A stretch of DNA of 64,000 bases from an uncultured Gemmatimonadales bacterium (GCA_963809895.1 CAWELD010000003.1:224001-288000), one strand, 5' to 3'; positions 1 through 18,645 are shown, counted from the stretch's first letter. Notes: generated by a model from the letters alone, not told the origin. Numbers and translations are program-made.

Positions 1-324
<324 letters not shown>

Positions 325-327
325 TTC

Positions 328-4629
<4,302 letters not shown>

Positions 4630-4717
4630 GGGCGCGCGGCCCGCGTGCCGCGAGAGTGTGGTTTCGGGAATGCGGGGGAGTGGTCCGATGGGCCGCTCTC
4701 CCGCGGCCGTTTCGGCG

Positions 4718-4746
4718 TTGACACCCCCCACGCTCGTCGATAAGTT
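4718..4746 (+). promoter_or_regulatory. sigma70-type promoter of str operon
   Basis: TTGACA (4718-4723), 17-nt spacer, TAAGTT (4741-4746) upstream of rpsL. Confidence 0.7.
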
Positions 4747-4889
4747 ATCAAGCTCTGTTCGAACGGCCTCGCAGTCGCCGAGCAGAGCGCGGCTCACGCC
4801 CCGGGGCTCCCGGTGGCACGAGACGCGATCGGGGGTTCCCGAAAAGGGCCCCGACACGTCGTTCGTCCGACCAACCCGAACCTGCTGTT

Positions 4890-5261
4890 ATGCCGACCAT
4901 CAACCAGCTCGTGCGGAAGGGTCGCCAGGCGGTCCAGAAGAAGAACAAATCGCCGGCCCTTCAGAAGAACCCCCAGAAGCGGGGGGTCTGCACCCGGGTG
5001 TACACCACCACTCCGAAGAAGCCGAATTCGGCGCTCCGGAAGGTGGCCCGCGTGCGCCTCACGAACGGGTATGAGGTCACGGCCTACATTCCGGGCGAGG
5101 GACACAACCTCCAGGAGCACAGCATCGTGCTCATTCGCGGAGGTCGTGTGAAGGACCTGCCGGGCGTGCGCTATCACATCATCCGCGGAACGTTGGATGC
5201 CTCGGGTGTGAACGATCGTCGTCAGGGCCGTTCCAAGTACGGCGCGAAGCGACCCAGGTAA
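4890..5261 (+). CDS. rpsL: 30S ribosomal protein S12
   Basis: [30 protein letters not shown]. Confidence 0.99.
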   Translation: MPTINQLVRKGRQAVQKKNKSPALQKNPQKRGVCTRVYTTTPKKPNSALRKVARVRLTNGYEVTAYIPGEGHNLQEHSIVLIRGGRVKDLPGVRYHIIRGTLDASGVNDRRQGRSKYGAKRPR

Positions 5262-5273
5262 ACGGAAGCACGG

Positions 5274-5744
5274 ATGAGTCGTCGTTCCAGAGCAGAGAAG
5301 CGGGACATCCCCGGTGATCCGAAGCACGGATCCGAGGTGGTCACCAAGTTCATGAACGGTCTCATGGTGGACGGCAAGAAGTCCGTCGCCGAGAAGATCT
5401 TCTACGAGGCCCTCGATATCCTCGAGGAGAAGTCGGGCCAGGCCGGGCTGAACGTGTTTCAGCAGGCCGTGAACAACGCCAAGCCCGCCCTCGAGGTGAA
5501 GAGCCGGCGCGTCGGTGGCGCCACCTATCAGGTGCCCATCGAGGTCCGGCCCGAGCGCCGGCAGGCGCTGGCCATCAAGTGGCTCATCCAGTTCGCCCGT
5601 GGCCGCTCCGAGCGGTCCATGTCCGAGCGACTGGCCGGGGAGCTCCTGGCCGCGTCCCGTGGCGAGGGCTCCACGGTGAAGAAGAAGGACGACACGCACC
5701 GGATGGCCGAGGCCAACAAGGCGTTCGCCCACTATCGGTGGTAG
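5274..5744 (+). CDS. rpsG: 30S ribosomal protein S7
   Basis: [24 protein letters not shown]. Confidence 0.99.
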   Translation: MSRRSRAEKRDIPGDPKHGSEVVTKFMNGLMVDGKKSVAEKIFYEALDILEEKSGQAGLNVFQQAVNNAKPALEVKSRRVGGATYQVPIEVRPERRQALAIKWLIQFARGRSERSMSERLAGELLAASRGEGSTVKKKDDTHRMAEANKAFAHYRW

Positions 5745-5971
5745 GCTGAAGAACCAGACGACGGTCCCGATCCTTCGGGTGGGGCCGGACAATTCGGGGA
5801 CACGCGACGGCCTGCGGGCCCTCTCCGGTCGCCAGGAAGCGCGGACTCGCGCGGCCTGCCGGAGAGCAGGCCGAACACGGGAGCTCCGCGCTTCTGTTTG
5901 TCTCCGGGGGGCGCCTTTGGGGCGCTCCGACGAACGAGGGCCACGAGTCGAGACGAAGCGAGTACGGATAG

Positions 5972-8077
5972 ATGCCTAGACAGACGCCACTCAAGCAGCT
6001 CCGGAACATCGGCATCATGGCGCACATCGATGCCGGGAAGACCACGACCACGGAGCGCATCCTGTTCTACACGGGACGCGTGCACCGCATGGGCGAGGTC
6101 CACGAGGGCGCTGCCACCATGGACTGGATGGAGCAGGAGCAGGAGCGGGGGATCACCATCACCTCCGCGGCCACGACCTGCCATTGGAAGCGCAACGACA
6201 CCGACTTCCGCATCAACATCATCGACACTCCCGGGCACGTGGACTTCACCGCCGAGGTGGAGCGGTCCCTGCGGGTGTTGGATGGCGCGGTGGCGGTGTT
6301 CTGCGCCGTGGGTGGCGTGGAACCCCAGTCGGAGACGGTGTGGCGGCAGGCCGATCGCTACAAGGTCCCCCGTATCGCCTTCGTCAACAAGATGGATCGC
6401 GTGGGCGCCGACTTCGACAACGTGATCTCCATGATGCGCGAGCGTCTGGGGGCCAACGCCCACGCGGTGCAGTACCCCATGGGTGAGGGCGAGATGTTCA
6501 CGGGCATCGTGGACATCGTCACCATGACGGCGATCCACTACGAGGACGAGCTGGGCTCGAAGTTCACCCGTCAGGAGATCCCCTCGGATCTGCAGGCCAA
6601 GGTGGAGGAGCTGCGTCACGAGCTCATCGAGGCCGCCGTCGAGCACCACGACGAGTATCTGGAGAAGTACCTCTCGGGAGAGGAGCTCACGGAGGACGAA
6701 CTTCGTGAGGCCATCCGCCTGGCCACCAACGAGGGCCATCTCTTCCCGGTGTTCTGTGGCTCGGCCTTCAAGAACAAGGGCGTCCAGGCGCTTCTGGACG
6801 GCGTGATCGACTATCTGCCGTCTCCGCTCGACGTGCCGGCCATCCAGGGTCACCTGCCGCATCACGACGAAACCCACGACACCCGCGAAGCCAGCGACGA
6901 CGCGCCGTTCAGTGCGCTGGCCTTCAAGATCGCCACCGACCCCTACGTCGGTAAGCTGACCTTCTTCCGGGTGTATTCGGGCTCGCTGCCCGCCGGCTCC
7001 TACATCATGAACGCCACCAAGGAGAAGCGGGAGCGGGTCGGGCGTATCCTCCAGATGCACGCGAACAAGCGGGAGGAGCGCGAGGAGGTCTACGCCGGTG
7101 ACATCGCCGCGGCCATCGGGCTGAAGGACGTGAAGACCGGCGACACGCTGTGCGACGGGGACCACCCCATCATCCTCGAGGCCATGAAGTTCCCCGAGCC
7201 GGTGATCGCGGTGGCCATCGAGCCCAAGACCAAGGCGGACCAGGACAAGCTGTCCAACGGGCTGGCGAAGCTGGCCGACGAGGATCCCACCTTCAAGGTC
7301 CACACCGACCCCGAGACGAACCAGACCATCATCCGTGGTATGGGCGAGCTCCACCTGGAGATCATCGTCGACCGCCTTCGCCGGGAGTTCGGCGTCGAGG
7401 CCAACGTGGGCCGGCCGCAGGTGGCGTACCGGGAGACCATTCGCAAGCCGGCCGAGAAGGTCGAGGGCAAGTTCGTGCGCCAGACCGGTGGCCGCGGCCA
7501 GTACGGGCACGTGGTCATCAACATCTCGCCTGCCGAGACCGGCGCCGGTTTCGTCTTCGAGGACAAGATCGTCGGCGGCGTGATCCCCCGGGAGTACATC
7601 CCGGCGGTGGAGCAGGGGATCCGGGAGGCCATGGACAACGGTGTCCTGGCCGGCTACCCCCTCATCGACATCAAGGTCGAGCTGATCGACGGCTCCTACC
7701 ACGATGTCGACTCCAACGAGATGGCGTTCAAGATCGCCGGCTCCATGGCCCTCAAGGAGGGCGTGCGACGGGCCAAGCCCGTGCTGCTGGAGCCGATCAT
7801 GGACGTGGAGGTGGTGACGCCCGCCGACTACATGGGCGACATCATCGGAGACCTGTCCTCCCGCCGCGGTCGGGTCGGGGGGATGACGGAGCGCGCCGGC
7901 GCGCGGGTCATCGGCGCCAGCGTGCCCCTGGGCGAGATGTTCGGCTACTCCACCACCCTTCGCTCCATGAGCCAGGGGAGGGCGGTGTACACGATGCAGT
8001 TCGCCCACTACGACGAAGTGCCCCAGTCCAAGGCCGACGAGATCATGGCCTCGGCTGGTCGAGACACCGGCAACTGA
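5972..8077 (+). CDS. fusA: elongation factor G
   Basis: [23 protein letters not shown] motifs; 701 aa. Confidence 0.99.
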   Translation: MPRQTPLKQLRNIGIMAHIDAGKTTTTERILFYTGRVHRMGEVHEGAATMDWMEQEQERGITITSAATTCHWKRNDTDFRINIIDTPGHVDFTAEVERSLRVLDGAVAVFCAVGGVEPQSETVWRQADRYKVPRIAFVNKMDRVGADFDNVISMMRERLGANAHAVQYPMGEGEMFTGIVDIVTMTAIHYEDELGSKFTRQEIPSDLQAKVEELRHELIEAAVEHHDEYLEKYLSGEELTEDELREAIRLATNEGHLFPVFCGSAFKNKGVQALLDGVIDYLPSPLDVPAIQGHLPHHDETHDTREASDDAPFSALAFKIATDPYVGKLTFFRVYSGSLPAGSYIMNATKEKRERVGRILQMHANKREEREEVYAGDIAAAIGLKDVKTGDTLCDGDHPIILEAMKFPEPVIAVAIEPKTKADQDKLSNGLAKLADEDPTFKVHTDPETNQTIIRGMGELHLEIIVDRLRREFGVEANVGRPQVAYRETIRKPAEKVEGKFVRQTGGRGQYGHVVINISPAETGAGFVFEDKIVGGVIPREYIPAVEQGIREAMDNGVLAGYPLIDIKVELIDGSYHDVDSNEMAFKIAGSMALKEGVRRAKPVLLEPIMDVEVVTPADYMGDIIGDLSSRRGRVGGMTERAGARVIGASVPLGEMFGYSTTLRSMSQGRAVYTMQFAHYDEVPQSKADEIMASAGRDTGN

Positions 8078-8120
8078 CGCCGATCACGGTTTTCGCACCC
8101 GAGCACCGAGAGGAAGCACG

Positions 8121-9315
<1,195 letters not shown>

Positions 9316-9381
9316 GAACGGCGGACCGACCAAGGCCACCCTCGCCGGCTGCGGGGGTGGGGGCTGACACAGAGGAACGAC

Positions 9382-9690
9382 ATGGCCGACAGGATTCGGA
9401 TCAGGCTGAAGGCGTTCGACCATTGGATCGTGGATCAGACCGCGTCCGATATCGTGCGAACGGCTCAGAAGACGGGGGCGAGCGTGCGGGGGCCCATTCC
9501 CCTGCCCACGCGCCGTCAGCGGTGGACCGTGCTGCGGTCGCCGCACATCGACAAGAAGAGCCGTGAGCAGTTCGAGCTGCGGACCCACAAGCGTCTCATC
9601 GACATCGTGGATAGTCGTCCGCAGACCATCGACGCGCTGACGAAGCTGGACCTTCCTGCGGGCGTGGACGTCGAGATCAAGGTCGATTGA
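9382..9690 (+). CDS. rpsJ: 30S ribosomal protein S10
   Basis: [22 protein letters not shown]. Confidence 0.99.
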   Translation: MADRIRIRLKAFDHWIVDQTASDIVRTAQKTGASVRGPIPLPTRRQRWTVLRSPHIDKKSREQFELRTHKRLIDIVDSRPQTIDALTKLDLPAGVDVEIKVD

Positions 9691-9692
9691 CG

Positions 9693-10310
9693 ATGGCCGG
9701 AATCATTGGACGCAAGGTCGGGATGACCCGGATCTTCGACGAGACGGGCACGCAGGTGCCGGTCACCGTCGTGGTGGCGGGTCCGTGCCCGGTCACGCAG
9801 ATCAAGAGCCAGGACACCGACGGCTATCAGGCGGTGCAGCTCGGGTTCGGCGCCCAGAAGAGCAAGCGGGCGTCGAGAGCCGAGGTCGGTCACGCCGCCA
9901 AGGCCGGGGTCGAGGCCGCTCCCCGCATCGTGCGGGAGATCCCGTGGGACGACGGGGAGGCCTACGAGCTCGGTCAGACGCTGACCGTCGAGCAGTTCGA
10001 GGCCGGTGACAAGGTGAAGGTCACGGGAACGTCCAAGGGGCGCGGATTCCAGGGCGTCGTCAAGCGCCACGGGTTCGCTGGACGTCCCGGGGGGCACGGG
10101 CACCCCATGTCCCGGAACCCGGGCTCCCTGGGCCCGGGCACCGATCCCTCCCGCGTGATCAAGGGAAAGAAGCTCCCGGGTCGCATGGGAGGAGCCCGGA
10201 CGACCATCCGGAACCTCCAGGTGGTGAAGGTGGACGGCGAGCGGAACCTGCTCTTCATCAAGGGTGGGATCCCCGGCGCCCGCGACAGCTACGTCCTCAT
10301 CACGAAGTGA
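9693..10310 (+). CDS. rplC: 50S ribosomal protein L3
   Basis: [22 protein letters not shown]. Confidence 0.98.
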   Translation: MAGIIGRKVGMTRIFDETGTQVPVTVVVAGPCPVTQIKSQDTDGYQAVQLGFGAQKSKRASRAEVGHAAKAGVEAAPRIVREIPWDDGEAYELGQTLTVEQFEAGDKVKVTGTSKGRGFQGVVKRHGFAGRPGGHGHPMSRNPGSLGPGTDPSRVIKGKKLPGRMGGARTTIRNLQVVKVDGERNLLFIKGGIPGARDSYVLITK

Positions 10311-10313
10311 CGC

Positions 10314-10970
10314 ATGTATAAGGCGCGCTACTACAAGGTCGACGGCAAGAAGGGCCGAGCCCGGGCACTCCCGGACACGCTCTTCGACGGCGTCGTGAAC
10401 GAGGCGGTCCTGCACCAGGTGGTGAAGGCCTACCGGGCCAACCAGCGGCAGGGCACCCACTCGGCGAAGAACCGGGCCGCGGTCTCCGGCGGGAGCCGGA
10501 AGCCATGGCGGCAGAAGGGCACGGGTCGCGCCCGACAGGGCACCATCCGCGCCGTGCAGTGGGAAGGAGGCGGCCGGGCCTTCCCGCCGATCCCCCATTC
10601 GTGGAACCAGAAGGTGCCGCGCAAGGTGCGCGCGCTCGCTCGCCGCTCGGCGTTCAACGCCCGCGCCGAGGACGAGCGCGTGGTGCTGGTGGACGGCTTC
10701 GCCATGGACGCGCCCCGGACCGCCACGCTGCGGGACTATCTGGCCACCATCGAGCTGGCGGATCGCAAGGTGCTGATTCTCACCGACGGCCTGAAGGACA
10801 ACGTCTACCTCTCGGCGCGGAACATGGCGCACGTGGAGGTTCGGCCCTTCGGCGAAGAGTCCGCCTACGACATCCTGTGGGCCGATGCCGTGATCATCGA
10901 GCGCGAGGCCTTGGACCGACTCGGTGCCGCGGCCGCCGCCCCGGAGAGCGAGGAGGGCGAGGATGCGTGA
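10314..10970 (+). CDS. rplD: 50S ribosomal protein L4
   Basis: [15 protein letters not shown]. Confidence 0.98.
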   Translation: MYKARYYKVDGKKGRARALPDTLFDGVVNEAVLHQVVKAYRANQRQGTHSAKNRAAVSGGSRKPWRQKGTGRARQGTIRAVQWEGGGRAFPPIPHSWNQKVPRKVRALARRSAFNARAEDERVVLVDGFAMDAPRTATLRDYLATIELADRKVLILTDGLKDNVYLSARNMAHVEVRPFGEESAYDILWADAVIIEREALDRLGAAAAAPESEEGEDA

Positions 10971-11274
10971 CGCGCGCGAAGTGATCGTGGGCCCGGTCAT
11001 CACCGAGAAGTCGGCCCGGCAGATGGAGGAGCGCAACGTCTACACCTTCGTCGTGGACCGCGGGGCCAACAAGATCGAGATCGGCCAGGCGGTGGAGAGG
11101 CTGTGGGACGTGCGGGTCACCAACGTCCGCACCATGGTCTACGCCGGCAAGGCCCGGCGGGCATTCCTGGGACGGATGAGCAGGAATCGGGACATCGGCC
11201 GTCGTCCGGCGTTCAAGAAGGCGCTGGTGACGCTGGCCGAGGGTGACCACATCGAATTCTACGAAGTCGGCTGA
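10963..11274 (+). CDS. rplW: 50S ribosomal protein L23
   Basis: [24 protein letters not shown] at 10963 after GGAGG. Confidence 0.96.
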   Translation: MRDAREVIVGPVITEKSARQMEERNVYTFVVDRGANKIEIGQAVERLWDVRVTNVRTMVYAGKARRAFLGRMSRNRDIGRRPAFKKALVTLAEGDHIEFYEVG

Positions 11275-11286
11275 GGACCAGAAGCC

Positions 11287-12129
11287 ATGGCGATCAAGAA
11301 ATTCAAGCCGGTGACACCGGGCACCCGGTTCCGATCGACGGTGGAAAACGTCGAGACGACCCGGCGCACCCCGGAGAAGTCCCTGGTGGAGGCGCTGCCC
11401 TCGTCGGGTGGCCGCAACCATCACGGACGGATCACGCTCCGCAGGCGGGGTGGCGGGCACAAGCGCAAGTACCGCCGCATCGATTTCCGGCGGGACAAGC
11501 TCGGTGTGCCGGGCGTGATCTCCGAGGTCGAGTACGACCCGAATCGCACGGCCAACATCGCCCTCGTCACCTACGCCGACGGCGAGAAGCGCTACATCCT
11601 GCACGTCCGGGACATGAAGGTGGGTGACCCGGTGATGGCGGGACCCGACGCCGACATCAAGCCGGGCAACGCGCTGGCCCTGGGATCGATTCCCCTGGGT
11701 ACCACCGTGCACAACGTGGAGCTCAAGCCGGGCAAGGGTGGCCAGATGGCCCGCTCGGCCGGCGCCGGCGTGCAGATCGTGGCCAAGGAGGGTGAGTACG
11801 TCACCCTGCGGCTGCCCTCCACCGAGATGCGGCGGGTGCACCGGACCTGCATGGCCACGGTTGGCCAGGTGGGCAACGTGGACCACGAGCTCACTTCGGT
11901 GGGCAAGGCCGGCGCCAACCGTTGGCGGGGCCGCCGGCCCCGGGTTCGCGGTGTCGCCATGAACCCGGTGGACCATCCGCTGGGTGGTGGTGAGGGCCGC
12001 ACGTCCGGCGGACGGCCGCCGGTGTCGCCGTGGGGCACCCCCGACGGCAAGAAGACGCGCAAGCGTAAGAAGCGGTCCAGCAAGTTCATCGTCCGTGGCC
12101 GCAAGCGCGGCAAGTCGACCAAGAGCTAA
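11287..12129 (+). CDS. rplB: 50S ribosomal protein L2
   Basis: [26 protein letters not shown]. Confidence 0.99.
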   Translation: MAIKKFKPVTPGTRFRSTVENVETTRRTPEKSLVEALPSSGGRNHHGRITLRRRGGGHKRKYRRIDFRRDKLGVPGVISEVEYDPNRTANIALVTYADGEKRYILHVRDMKVGDPVMAGPDADIKPGNALALGSIPLGTTVHNVELKPGKGGQMARSAGAGVQIVAKEGEYVTLRLPSTEMRRVHRTCMATVGQVGNVDHELTSVGKAGANRWRGRRPRVRGVAMNPVDHPLGGGEGRTSGGRPPVSPWGTPDGKKTRKRKKRSSKFIVRGRKRGKSTKS

Positions 12130-12155
12130 CGGCCCGAGATCAGGAACGGTACGAG

Positions 12156-12440
12156 ATGGCACGCAGCATCAAGAAGGGTCCGTACATCGACGACAAGCTC
12201 CTCCTCAAGGTGGAGATCATGAACTCGCGCAACGAGAAGAAGGTCGTAAAGACCTGGGCGCGTGCGTCCACGATCTCGCCCGAGTTCATCGGTCACACGG
12301 TCGCGGTGCACAACGGCAACAAGTTCATCCCCGTGTACATCACGGAGAACATGGTGGGCCACAAACTCGGAGAATTCGCCCCGACCCGGCTGTTCCGCGG
12401 TCACGGTGGCAGGCTCGCCGACAAGCGGTCCAAGCGATGA
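12156..12440 (+). CDS. rpsS: 30S ribosomal protein S19
   Basis: [21 protein letters not shown]. Confidence 0.99.
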   Translation: MARSIKKGPYIDDKLLLKVEIMNSRNEKKVVKTWARASTISPEFIGHTVAVHNGNKFIPVYITENMVGHKLGEFAPTRLFRGHGGRLADKRSKR

Positions 12441-12817
12441 GTGCGGATCTGGAGACGCCGACGATGGAAGCCAGGGCAATCGCTCGCTACGTGCGGATGA
12501 GTCCGCGCAAGGTCCGCCTGGTGGTGGACCTCATCCGGGGGAAGAGCGTGAACGACGCCTACGCCATCCTCCAGTTCTCGAAGAAGGCGGCCGCGGAGCC
12601 GGTCTCGAAGACGCTTCGCTCGGCCGTGGCCAACGCACAGTATCGCGCGCAGGATCAGGGCGAGGTCGTCGATGCCGACGATCTGGTGGTCCGCGAGTGC
12701 TTCGTGGACGAAGGGCCGACGCTTCGCCGGTACCGTGCCGCGGCCATGGGGCGCGCGGCACCCATCCGGCGGCGCACGAGCCACATCACCGTGGTTGTGG
12801 ACAGCAAGGACGCGTAG
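12437..12817 (+). CDS. rplV: 50S ribosomal protein L22
   Basis: [31 protein letters not shown]. Confidence 0.97.
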   Translation: MSADLETPTMEARAIARYVRMSPRKVRLVVDLIRGKSVNDAYAILQFSKKAAAEPVSKTLRSAVANAQYRAQDQGEVVDADDLVVRECFVDEGPTLRRYRAAAMGRAAPIRRRTSHITVVVDSKDA

Positions 12818-12821
12818 ACGA

Positions 12822-13481
12822 ATGGGACAGAAGACACACCCCACCGGGTTCCGCCTCGGAATCATCAAGGACTGGAAGTCGCGCTGGTACGCCGAGCGTG
12901 ACTTTCCCCGGCTCCTCATGGAAGACGAGACGATCCGGCGCTACCTCCACCGACGGCTGGCCCACGCGGCCCTGTCGCAGGTCGAGATCGAGCGCAAGCC
13001 GAGCAAGATCGTGGTCACCATCCACACCGCGCGCCCCGGCGTGGTGATCGGAAAGCGGGGCTCGGAGGTGGACAAGCTCCGTGACGAGCTGGCCCTGATC
13101 ACCAACAGCGAGATCTCGGTCAACGTCGAGGAGATCAAGCGTCCGGAGCTGGATGCCCGCCTGGTGGCGGACAACGTCGCCCATCAGTTGCGGCAACGTG
13201 TCTCCTTCCGCCGCGCCATGAAGCGCGCGGTGCAGGGGGCCATGCGTGCCGGTGCCGAGGGCATCAAGATCCAGTGCGCCGGGCGGCTCGGCGGCGCCGA
13301 GATCGCGCGCACCGAGGGGTACAACGAGGGTCGGGTGCCGCTGCACACGCTGCGGGCCGACATCGACTACGCCCAGCTTCATGCGCACACGACCTACGGC
13401 ACGATCGGCGTGAAGTGCTGGATCTTCAAGGGCGAGGTGGTGGAGGAGCGGCGCGGCCGCACCTACTCCACCGGCTCATAA
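12822..13481 (+). CDS. rpsC: 30S ribosomal protein S3
   Basis: [27 protein letters not shown]. Confidence 0.98.
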   Translation: MGQKTHPTGFRLGIIKDWKSRWYAERDFPRLLMEDETIRRYLHRRLAHAALSQVEIERKPSKIVVTIHTARPGVVIGKRGSEVDKLRDELALITNSEISVNVEEIKRPELDARLVADNVAHQLRQRVSFRRAMKRAVQGAMRAGAEGIKIQCAGRLGGAEIARTEGYNEGRVPLHTLRADIDYAQLHAHTTYGTIGVKCWIFKGEVVEERRGRTYSTGS

Positions 13482-13497
13482 GGAAAGGGACGGAACG

Positions 13498-13920
13498 ATG
13501 CTGTCGCCCAAGCGCGTCAAGTACCGGAAGAAGCACAAGGGCCGCATGCGCGGCGCCGCTCAGCGGGGCAACAAGGTGTCCTTCGGCGAGTACGGCCTGC
13601 AGGCCGCCGAGCCGGCCTGGATCACCAACCGCCAGATCGAGGCGGCCCGTGTGGCCATGACCCGCCACATCAAGCGTGGCGGAAAGGTCTGGATTCGGAT
13701 TTTCCCCGACAAGCCCATCACCCAGAAGCCCGCGGAGACGCGCATGGGGAAGGGAAAGGGGAACCCCGAGGGTTGGGTGGCCGTGGTGAAGCCGGGCCGG
13801 GTCATGTTCGAGCTCGAGGGGGTCGCGGAGGACATGGCCCGCCGGGCCATGGAGCTGGCTGCAGCCAAGCTTCCCATCAAGACCCGGTTCGTGGTGCGTG
13901 AGCGCCAGATCGGGACCTGA
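13498..13920 (+). CDS. rplP: 50S ribosomal protein L16
   Basis: [18 protein letters not shown]. Confidence 0.99.
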   Translation: MLSPKRVKYRKKHKGRMRGAAQRGNKVSFGEYGLQAAEPAWITNRQIEAARVAMTRHIKRGGKVWIRIFPDKPITQKPAETRMGKGKGNPEGWVAVVKPGRVMFELEGVAEDMARRAMELAAAKLPIKTRFVVRERQIGT

Positions 13921-13931
13921 CGGAGAGGATC

Positions 13932-14132
13932 ATGAAGGCTGAAGATATTCGCGACTGGGACAACGTGGAGATCGAGGCTCGCCTGGACGAGCTCAAGGAG
14001 GAGCGCTTCAGGTTGCGCTTCCGGAGCGCGACCATGGAGCTCGAGAACCCGAGGATCATCCGTCAGATCCGGCGTGACATCGCCCGTCTGAAGACCATCC
14101 TCCGCGAGCGCGAGCTCGCGGGCAACGATTGA
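13932..14132 (+). CDS. rpmC: 50S ribosomal protein L29
   Basis: [19 protein letters not shown]; operon position. Confidence 0.97.
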   Translation: MKAEDIRDWDNVEIEARLDELKEERFRLRFRSATMELENPRIIRQIRRDIARLKTILRERELAGND

Positions 14133-14143
14133 CCGAGCGGCAT

Positions 14144-14437
14144 ATGGCCAACACGGAAGAGAGCATCCAGGTGACCGACACCCCCAAGCGGGGGGGCCGC
14201 AAGGTCCGCGTCGGCGTCGTGGTGAGCGACAAGCAGGACAAGACCGTGACCGTGAGCGTAGCGCGCCAGTTCCCGCATCCTCTCTACAGGAAGCAGGTGA
14301 AGCGCACGAAGAAGTACCATGCCCACGACGCGGACAACGAATTCAAGGTGGGCGATGTGGTGCGGATCCAGGAGACTCGCCCGCTATCGAAGACCAAGCG
14401 CTGGCGCGTGGTCGAGCTCATCGAGCGGCCCGCGTGA
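14144..14437 (+). CDS. rpsQ: 30S ribosomal protein S17
   Basis: [22 protein letters not shown]. Confidence 0.98.
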   Translation: MANTEESIQVTDTPKRGGRKVRVGVVVSDKQDKTVTVSVARQFPHPLYRKQVKRTKKYHAHDADNEFKVGDVVRIQETRPLSKTKRWRVVELIERPA

Positions 14438-14450
14438 TCGGAGAACGACG

Positions 14451-14819
14451 ATGATCCAGCAGGAATCGATCCTCCGGATTGCGGACAACACGGGTGCCAA
14501 GACGGCACTCTGCATCCGCGTCCTGGGTGGCTCGCGGCGTCGCTACGCCCGCGTGGGTGACGTGATCGTGGCCACGGTGAAGGACGCCATCCCCAACGCG
14601 CCCGTGAAGAAGGGCGACGTGGTGAAGGCCGTCATCGTGCGCACGAGCAAGGAGATGCGCCGGCGCGACGGGACCTACATCCGATTCGACGACAACGCCG
14701 CCGTCATTCTGAATCCCAACGGGGAGCCCCGTGGGACGCGCATCTTCGGACCCGTGGGCCGAGAGCTCCGCGAGAAGCGCTACATGAAGATCGTGTCCCT
14801 GGCCCCCGAGGTGCTGTGA
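14451..14819 (+). CDS. rplN: 50S ribosomal protein L14
   Basis: [27 protein letters not shown]. Confidence 0.99.
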   Translation: MIQQESILRIADNTGAKTALCIRVLGGSRRRYARVGDVIVATVKDAIPNAPVKKGDVVKAVIVRTSKEMRRRDGTYIRFDDNAAVILNPNGEPRGTRIFGPVGRELREKRYMKIVSLAPEVL

Positions 14820-14820
14820 G

Positions 14821-15177
14821 ATGAAGCACAAGGACGTGGCCGCCAAGGGGCGGAAGCACAAGATCGTGAAGGGTGACCGGGTGCGCGTCATCCGTGGCAA
14901 CTACCGCGAGCAGGAGGGCACGGTCCTCCGCGTGATCTCGGACAAGGATCAGGTGATCGTGGAAGGGGTCAACATGCGGAAGCGCCACCAGCGCCCCACG
15001 CAGGCGAACCCCGAGGGGGGGATCGTGAGCTTCGAGGCTCCCCTGCACATCTCCAACGTGATGCTGGTCGATCCAGCCACGGACGAGGCGAGCCGGGTTC
15101 GCGTACGCCTGGAAGAGGACGGCACCAAGGAGCGGATCGCCGTGAAGTCGGGCAATCCCATCCCGAAGCCGCATTGA
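14821..15177 (+). CDS. rplX: 50S ribosomal protein L24
   Basis: KGDRVRVIRG, EAPLHISNVML. Confidence 0.98.
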   Translation: MKHKDVAAKGRKHKIVKGDRVRVIRGNYREQEGTVLRVISDKDQVIVEGVNMRKRHQRPTQANPEGGIVSFEAPLHISNVMLVDPATDEASRVRVRLEEDGTKERIAVKSGNPIPKPH

Positions 15178-15259
15178 CGAGAAGCCATTGCACGCCGGCG
15201 GCGACGCCGGAACGCGCGAACGTGGGCGTGAGTGACGCCGCCTACGCGACCGAACCCAG

Positions 15260-15874
15260 ATGAGCGAGCCCGATGCGCTCGCGACGAGAGACATGGAACG
15301 CACGCCCAGACTGCTGACGCACTACCACGAGCACGCCCGGCCGAAGCTGACCGAGCTGTTCGGGCTCACGAATCCCAACGAGGTGCCGCGCATCACGAAG
15401 GTGTCGGTGAACGTGGGAGTCGGCGACGCATCCAAGAACCAGAAGCTTCTGGACAGCGTCGTGGACGAGCTCGGCGCCATCACCGGCCAGAAGGCCCTGG
15501 TGACGCGGGCGCGGAAGTCCATCTCGAACTTCGGTTTGCGCGAAGGCATGCCGGTGGGAGCGTCGGTGACGCTCCGCCAGGCCCGGATGTACGAGTTCCT
15601 GGATCGCCTCGTCAGCGTGGCGATCCCCCGGATCCGTGATTTCCGCGGTCTGAACACGCGAGCCTTCGACGGTCGTGGAAACTTCACTCTCGGCGTGAAG
15701 GAGCAGATCATCTTCCCCGAGATCGACTACGACCGTGTGAACAAGATCCACGGGATGGACATCACCGTGGTGACGACGACGGACAAGGACGACCAGGCCC
15801 TGGCGCTGCTGCGCGAGATGGGCTTCCCGTTCCGGGGCGAAACGCCCGTCGTGATCGAGCAGAACGGCGGGTGA
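15260..15874 (+). CDS. rplE: 50S ribosomal protein L5 (start may be 15293)
   Basis: [28 protein letters not shown]. Confidence 0.97.
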   Translation: MSEPDALATRDMERTPRLLTHYHEHARPKLTELFGLTNPNEVPRITKVSVNVGVGDASKNQKLLDSVVDELGAITGQKALVTRARKSISNFGLREGMPVGASVTLRQARMYEFLDRLVSVAIPRIRDFRGLNTRAFDGRGNFTLGVKEQIIFPEIDYDRVNKIHGMDITVVTTTDKDDQALALLREMGFPFRGETPVVIEQNGG

Positions 15875-15917
15875 GTCCCGCAGTCATATCCAGAGACTCA
15901 GGTTTTTTGGGGGCGTA

Positions 15918-16103
15918 ATGGCCAGGAAGGCGCTAGTCGAGAAGTCGAAGCGCGAACCGAAGTACGAGGTACGGCATCGCAACCGCTGCCAGCGGTGCGG
16001 CCGTCCGCGGGCGTATATCCGGAAGTTCGGAATCTGCCGCGTGTGCTTCCGGGAAATGTCGCTCCGCGGGGAGATCCCCGGGGTGCGCAAGTCCAGCTGG
16101 TAA
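15918..16103 (+). CDS. rpsN: 30S ribosomal protein S14, type Z (zinc-binding)
   Basis: 61 aa, RCQRCGR...CRVCFRE. Confidence 0.98.
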   Translation: MARKALVEKSKREPKYEVRHRNRCQRCGRPRAYIRKFGICRVCFREMSLRGEIPGVRKSSW

Positions 16104-16120
16104 GGGAACGGATACAGCCA

Positions 16121-16513
16121 ATGATGACGGATCCCATCGCGGACATGCTGACGCGCATCCGGAACGCCGGCCAGGCCGGACACCGGTGGGCGGACATGCC
16201 CGTATCCAAGCTGAAGGCCGAGGTGGCCCGCCTCCTGAAGGAGAGCCACTTCGTATTCGACTACAAGATCCTGGACGACGGCCGGCACGGCGTCCTCCGG
16301 GTGTATCTCAAGTATCACGACGGCGAGCCGATCATCCGGCACCTGGAGCGCGTTTCGCGGCCCGGGCGGAGGCACTACGTCGGCGTGGACGAGATCCCCT
16401 CGGTCCGCAACGGGCTCGGTATGGCGATCCTGTCCACGTCCCGTGGCCTGCTCTCGGATCGCTCGGCGCGCCAGGAGGGCGTGGGCGGTGAGCTCATGGC
16501 CCTGGTCTGGTAA
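16121..16513 (+). CDS. rpsH: 30S ribosomal protein S8
   Basis: [22 protein letters not shown]. Confidence 0.98.
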   Translation: MMTDPIADMLTRIRNAGQAGHRWADMPVSKLKAEVARLLKESHFVFDYKILDDGRHGVLRVYLKYHDGEPIIRHLERVSRPGRRHYVGVDEIPSVRNGLGMAILSTSRGLLSDRSARQEGVGGELMALVW

Positions 16514-16529
16514 GGGAGTCGACGGAACG

Positions 16530-17069
16530 ATGTCACGAATCGGCAAGCAGCCCGTGGCGGTGCCCAAGGGCGTGGACGTGGCGCTGGACGGCGCCACCCT
16601 CAAGGTGAAGGGCCCCAAGGGCGAGCTCAGCATGACCGTTCATCCGGAGATGTCGGTCGCCATCGAGGATGGCGAGGTCCGGGTGAGCCGCCCGTCGGAC
16701 GTGCAACGCCATCGCGCGCTTCACGGCCTGACCCGGTCGCTGGTGGCCAACATGGTGGAGGGCGTGACCCAGGGCTTCAGCCGCACGCTGGAAATCGTGG
16801 GGGTGGGGTACCGGGCCGACAAGCGGGGCAACAGCCTGACGCTGGCCCTCGGGTATTCGCACCCCATCGAGTTCGATCCGCCGGCGGGAATCGATGTGGA
16901 GGTCCCCAACCAGACCACCATCGTGGTCCAGGGGGCAGACAAGCAGCTGGTGGGCCAGGTGGCCGCGGAGATCCGGGGCTTCCGGCCGCCGGAGCCATAC
17001 AAGGGCAAGGGAGTCCGGTACCAGGGCGAGCAGGTCCGCCGCAAGGCCGGCAAGACCGCTGGGGCATGA
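16530..17069 (+). CDS. rplF: 50S ribosomal protein L6
   Basis: [19 protein letters not shown]. Confidence 0.98.
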   Translation: MSRIGKQPVAVPKGVDVALDGATLKVKGPKGELSMTVHPEMSVAIEDGEVRVSRPSDVQRHRALHGLTRSLVANMVEGVTQGFSRTLEIVGVGYRADKRGNSLTLALGYSHPIEFDPPAGIDVEVPNQTTIVVQGADKQLVGQVAAEIRGFRPPEPYKGKGVRYQGEQVRRKAGKTAGA

Positions 17070-17458
17070 CGATGAGTGTCTTTTCGAAGCAGAAGAAGTC
17101 GCGCCGCACCGCGCGTGTGCGCCGCCACCGACGGATCCGGAAGAAGATCGCCGGCACGGCGGAGCGGCCGCGTCTCGTGGTGTACCGGTCCCTGAGGAAC
17201 ATCGAGGGACAGCTGGTGGACGACGGGGCTGGACGCACGCTGGCGGGACTGAGCACGCTGGACCCCGAACTCCGGGGATTCGAGGCCGAGGGGCAGAACC
17301 GCAAGGTGGAGCACGCCTTCGCCGCGGGGAAGAAGCTCGGCGAGCGAGCCCGGGAGATGGGGATCGAGGCCGTCGTCTTCGATCGTGGCGGCTACAAGTA
17401 CCACGGCCGGGTGAAGGCCTTCGCTGAAGGCGCCCGTGAGGGAGGACTGAAGTTCTGA
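17066..17458 (+). CDS. rplR: 50S ribosomal protein L18
   Basis: [20 protein letters not shown]. Confidence 0.98.
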   Translation: MTMSVFSKQKKSRRTARVRRHRRIRKKIAGTAERPRLVVYRSLRNIEGQLVDDGAGRTLAGLSTLDPELRGFEAEGQNRKVEHAFAAGKKLGERAREMGIEAVVFDRGGYKYHGRVKAFAEGAREGGLKF

Positions 17459-17982
17459 TGGCCAAAGACAGAAAGCAGAGCCGGGGTCGCGACTCCGAAC
17501 TGGTCGAGAACGTCATCCACATCAACCGGGTGGCGAAGGTGGTGAAGGGCGGACGTCGCTTCTCCTTCTCCGCCCTGGTGGCGGTCGGGGACCAGAACGG
17601 CAAGGTGGGCGTCGCCCTCGCCAAGGCCAACGAGGTGGCCGAGGCCATCCGCAAGTCGTTCGAGCAAGCCCGCCGGAACATGGTTCAGGTTCCCGTGGTC
17701 AACGGCACGCTTCCCCACGAGATCGTGGGCGAGTGGGGCGCCGGACGCGTGATGCTCCGACCGGCCGCCCCCGGTACCGGGGTGATCGCCGGTGGACCGG
17801 TGCGCGCCGTGCTCGAGGCGGCCGGTGTGAGCGACGTGCTCACCAAGAGCCTCGGGACCAACAACCCCATCAACGTGGTGCGCGCCACCATGCACGGCCT
17901 CACCCACCTGGTGACGGCCGAGCAGGCCGCCGCCGAGCGCGGCGTGGCCGTGGAGACCCTGGGAGTGATCCGCAATGGCTAA
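17458..17982 (+). CDS. rpsE: 30S ribosomal protein S5
   Basis: [22 protein letters not shown]. Confidence 0.98.
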   Translation: MAKDRKQSRGRDSELVENVIHINRVAKVVKGGRRFSFSALVAVGDQNGKVGVALAKANEVAEAIRKSFEQARRNMVQVPVVNGTLPHEIVGEWGAGRVMLRPAAPGTGVIAGGPVRAVLEAAGVSDVLTKSLGTNNPINVVRATMHGLTHLVTAEQAAAERGVAVETLGVIRNG

Positions 17983-18175
17983 GAAGAAACAGGCCACACT
18001 CGAGATCACGCAGGTCCGAAGCCGTTCGGGGCGGCCCGAGAAGCACCGCCGCACCCTGGAGGCACTCGGCCTCAAGCGACACCAGCAGAGTGTCGTTCAC
18101 GACGACACGCCGGCCATCCGCGGGATGGTGCGGCAGGTGAGCCACCTGGTCTCGGTTCGCGAGATCGAGGGCTGA
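17975..18175 (+). CDS. rpmD: 50S ribosomal protein L30
   Basis: [19 protein letters not shown]. Confidence 0.96.
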   Translation: MAKKKQATLEITQVRSRSGRPEKHRRTLEALGLKRHQQSVVHDDTPAIRGMVRQVSHLVSVREIEG

Positions 18176-18189
18176 AGAGGAACACGACG

Positions 18190-18645
18190 ATGGCGGAACT
18201 TCATGACCTGAGCCCGGCCTCCGGCTCCCACCGCGACCGCAAGCGGGTGGGACGAGGGCCCGGCTCCGGCACCGGCAAGACCGCGGGTCGCGGCGAGAAG
18301 GGGCAGAAGGCCCGGAGTGGCGGGTCCATCCCGCCTGGCTTCGAAGGCGGGCAGATGCCCCTGCACCGGCGCCTCCCCAAGCGGGGCTTCCACAACCGCA
18401 ACCGGGTGGAGTACCAGGTTGTGAACGTGGGTGACCTGATCCGCATGGACGGCGACGTGACCCCGGAGTCGCTCAGAGACGCAGGGCTGGTGCGCTCGTC
18501 GCGCCACCCGGTGAAGATCCTGGGTGACGGCGAAGTGGAGAAGGCGTTTACCGTGACGGCGCATGCCTTCAGCGGGAGCGCGCGTGAGAAGATCGAGGGC
18601 GCCGGCGGCACGGTCACCGTGCTCGGTGCCGAGGATCAGGGCTGA
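18190..18645 (+). CDS. rplO: 50S ribosomal protein L15
   Basis: [18 protein letters not shown]. Confidence 0.98.
   Translation: MAELHDLSPASGSHRDRKRVGRGPGSGTGKTAGRGEKGQKARSGGSIPPGFEGGQMPLHRRLPKRGFHNRNRVEYQVVNVGDLIRMDGDVTPESLRDAGLVRSSRHPVKILGDGEVEKAFTVTAHAFSGSAREKIEGAGGTVTVLGAEDQG

Noticed and set aside
5745..5971. SRP RNA, 6S RNA or tRNA in the rpsG-fusA spacer
   Set aside because: No SRP helix-8 motif and no tRNA T-loop or cloverleaf found; kept only as an unknown structured spacer
15872..15908. Terminator-like TGAGTC/GACTCA plus T6 between rplE and rpsN
   Set aside because: Short stem with a large loop and a gap before the T run; too weak to call
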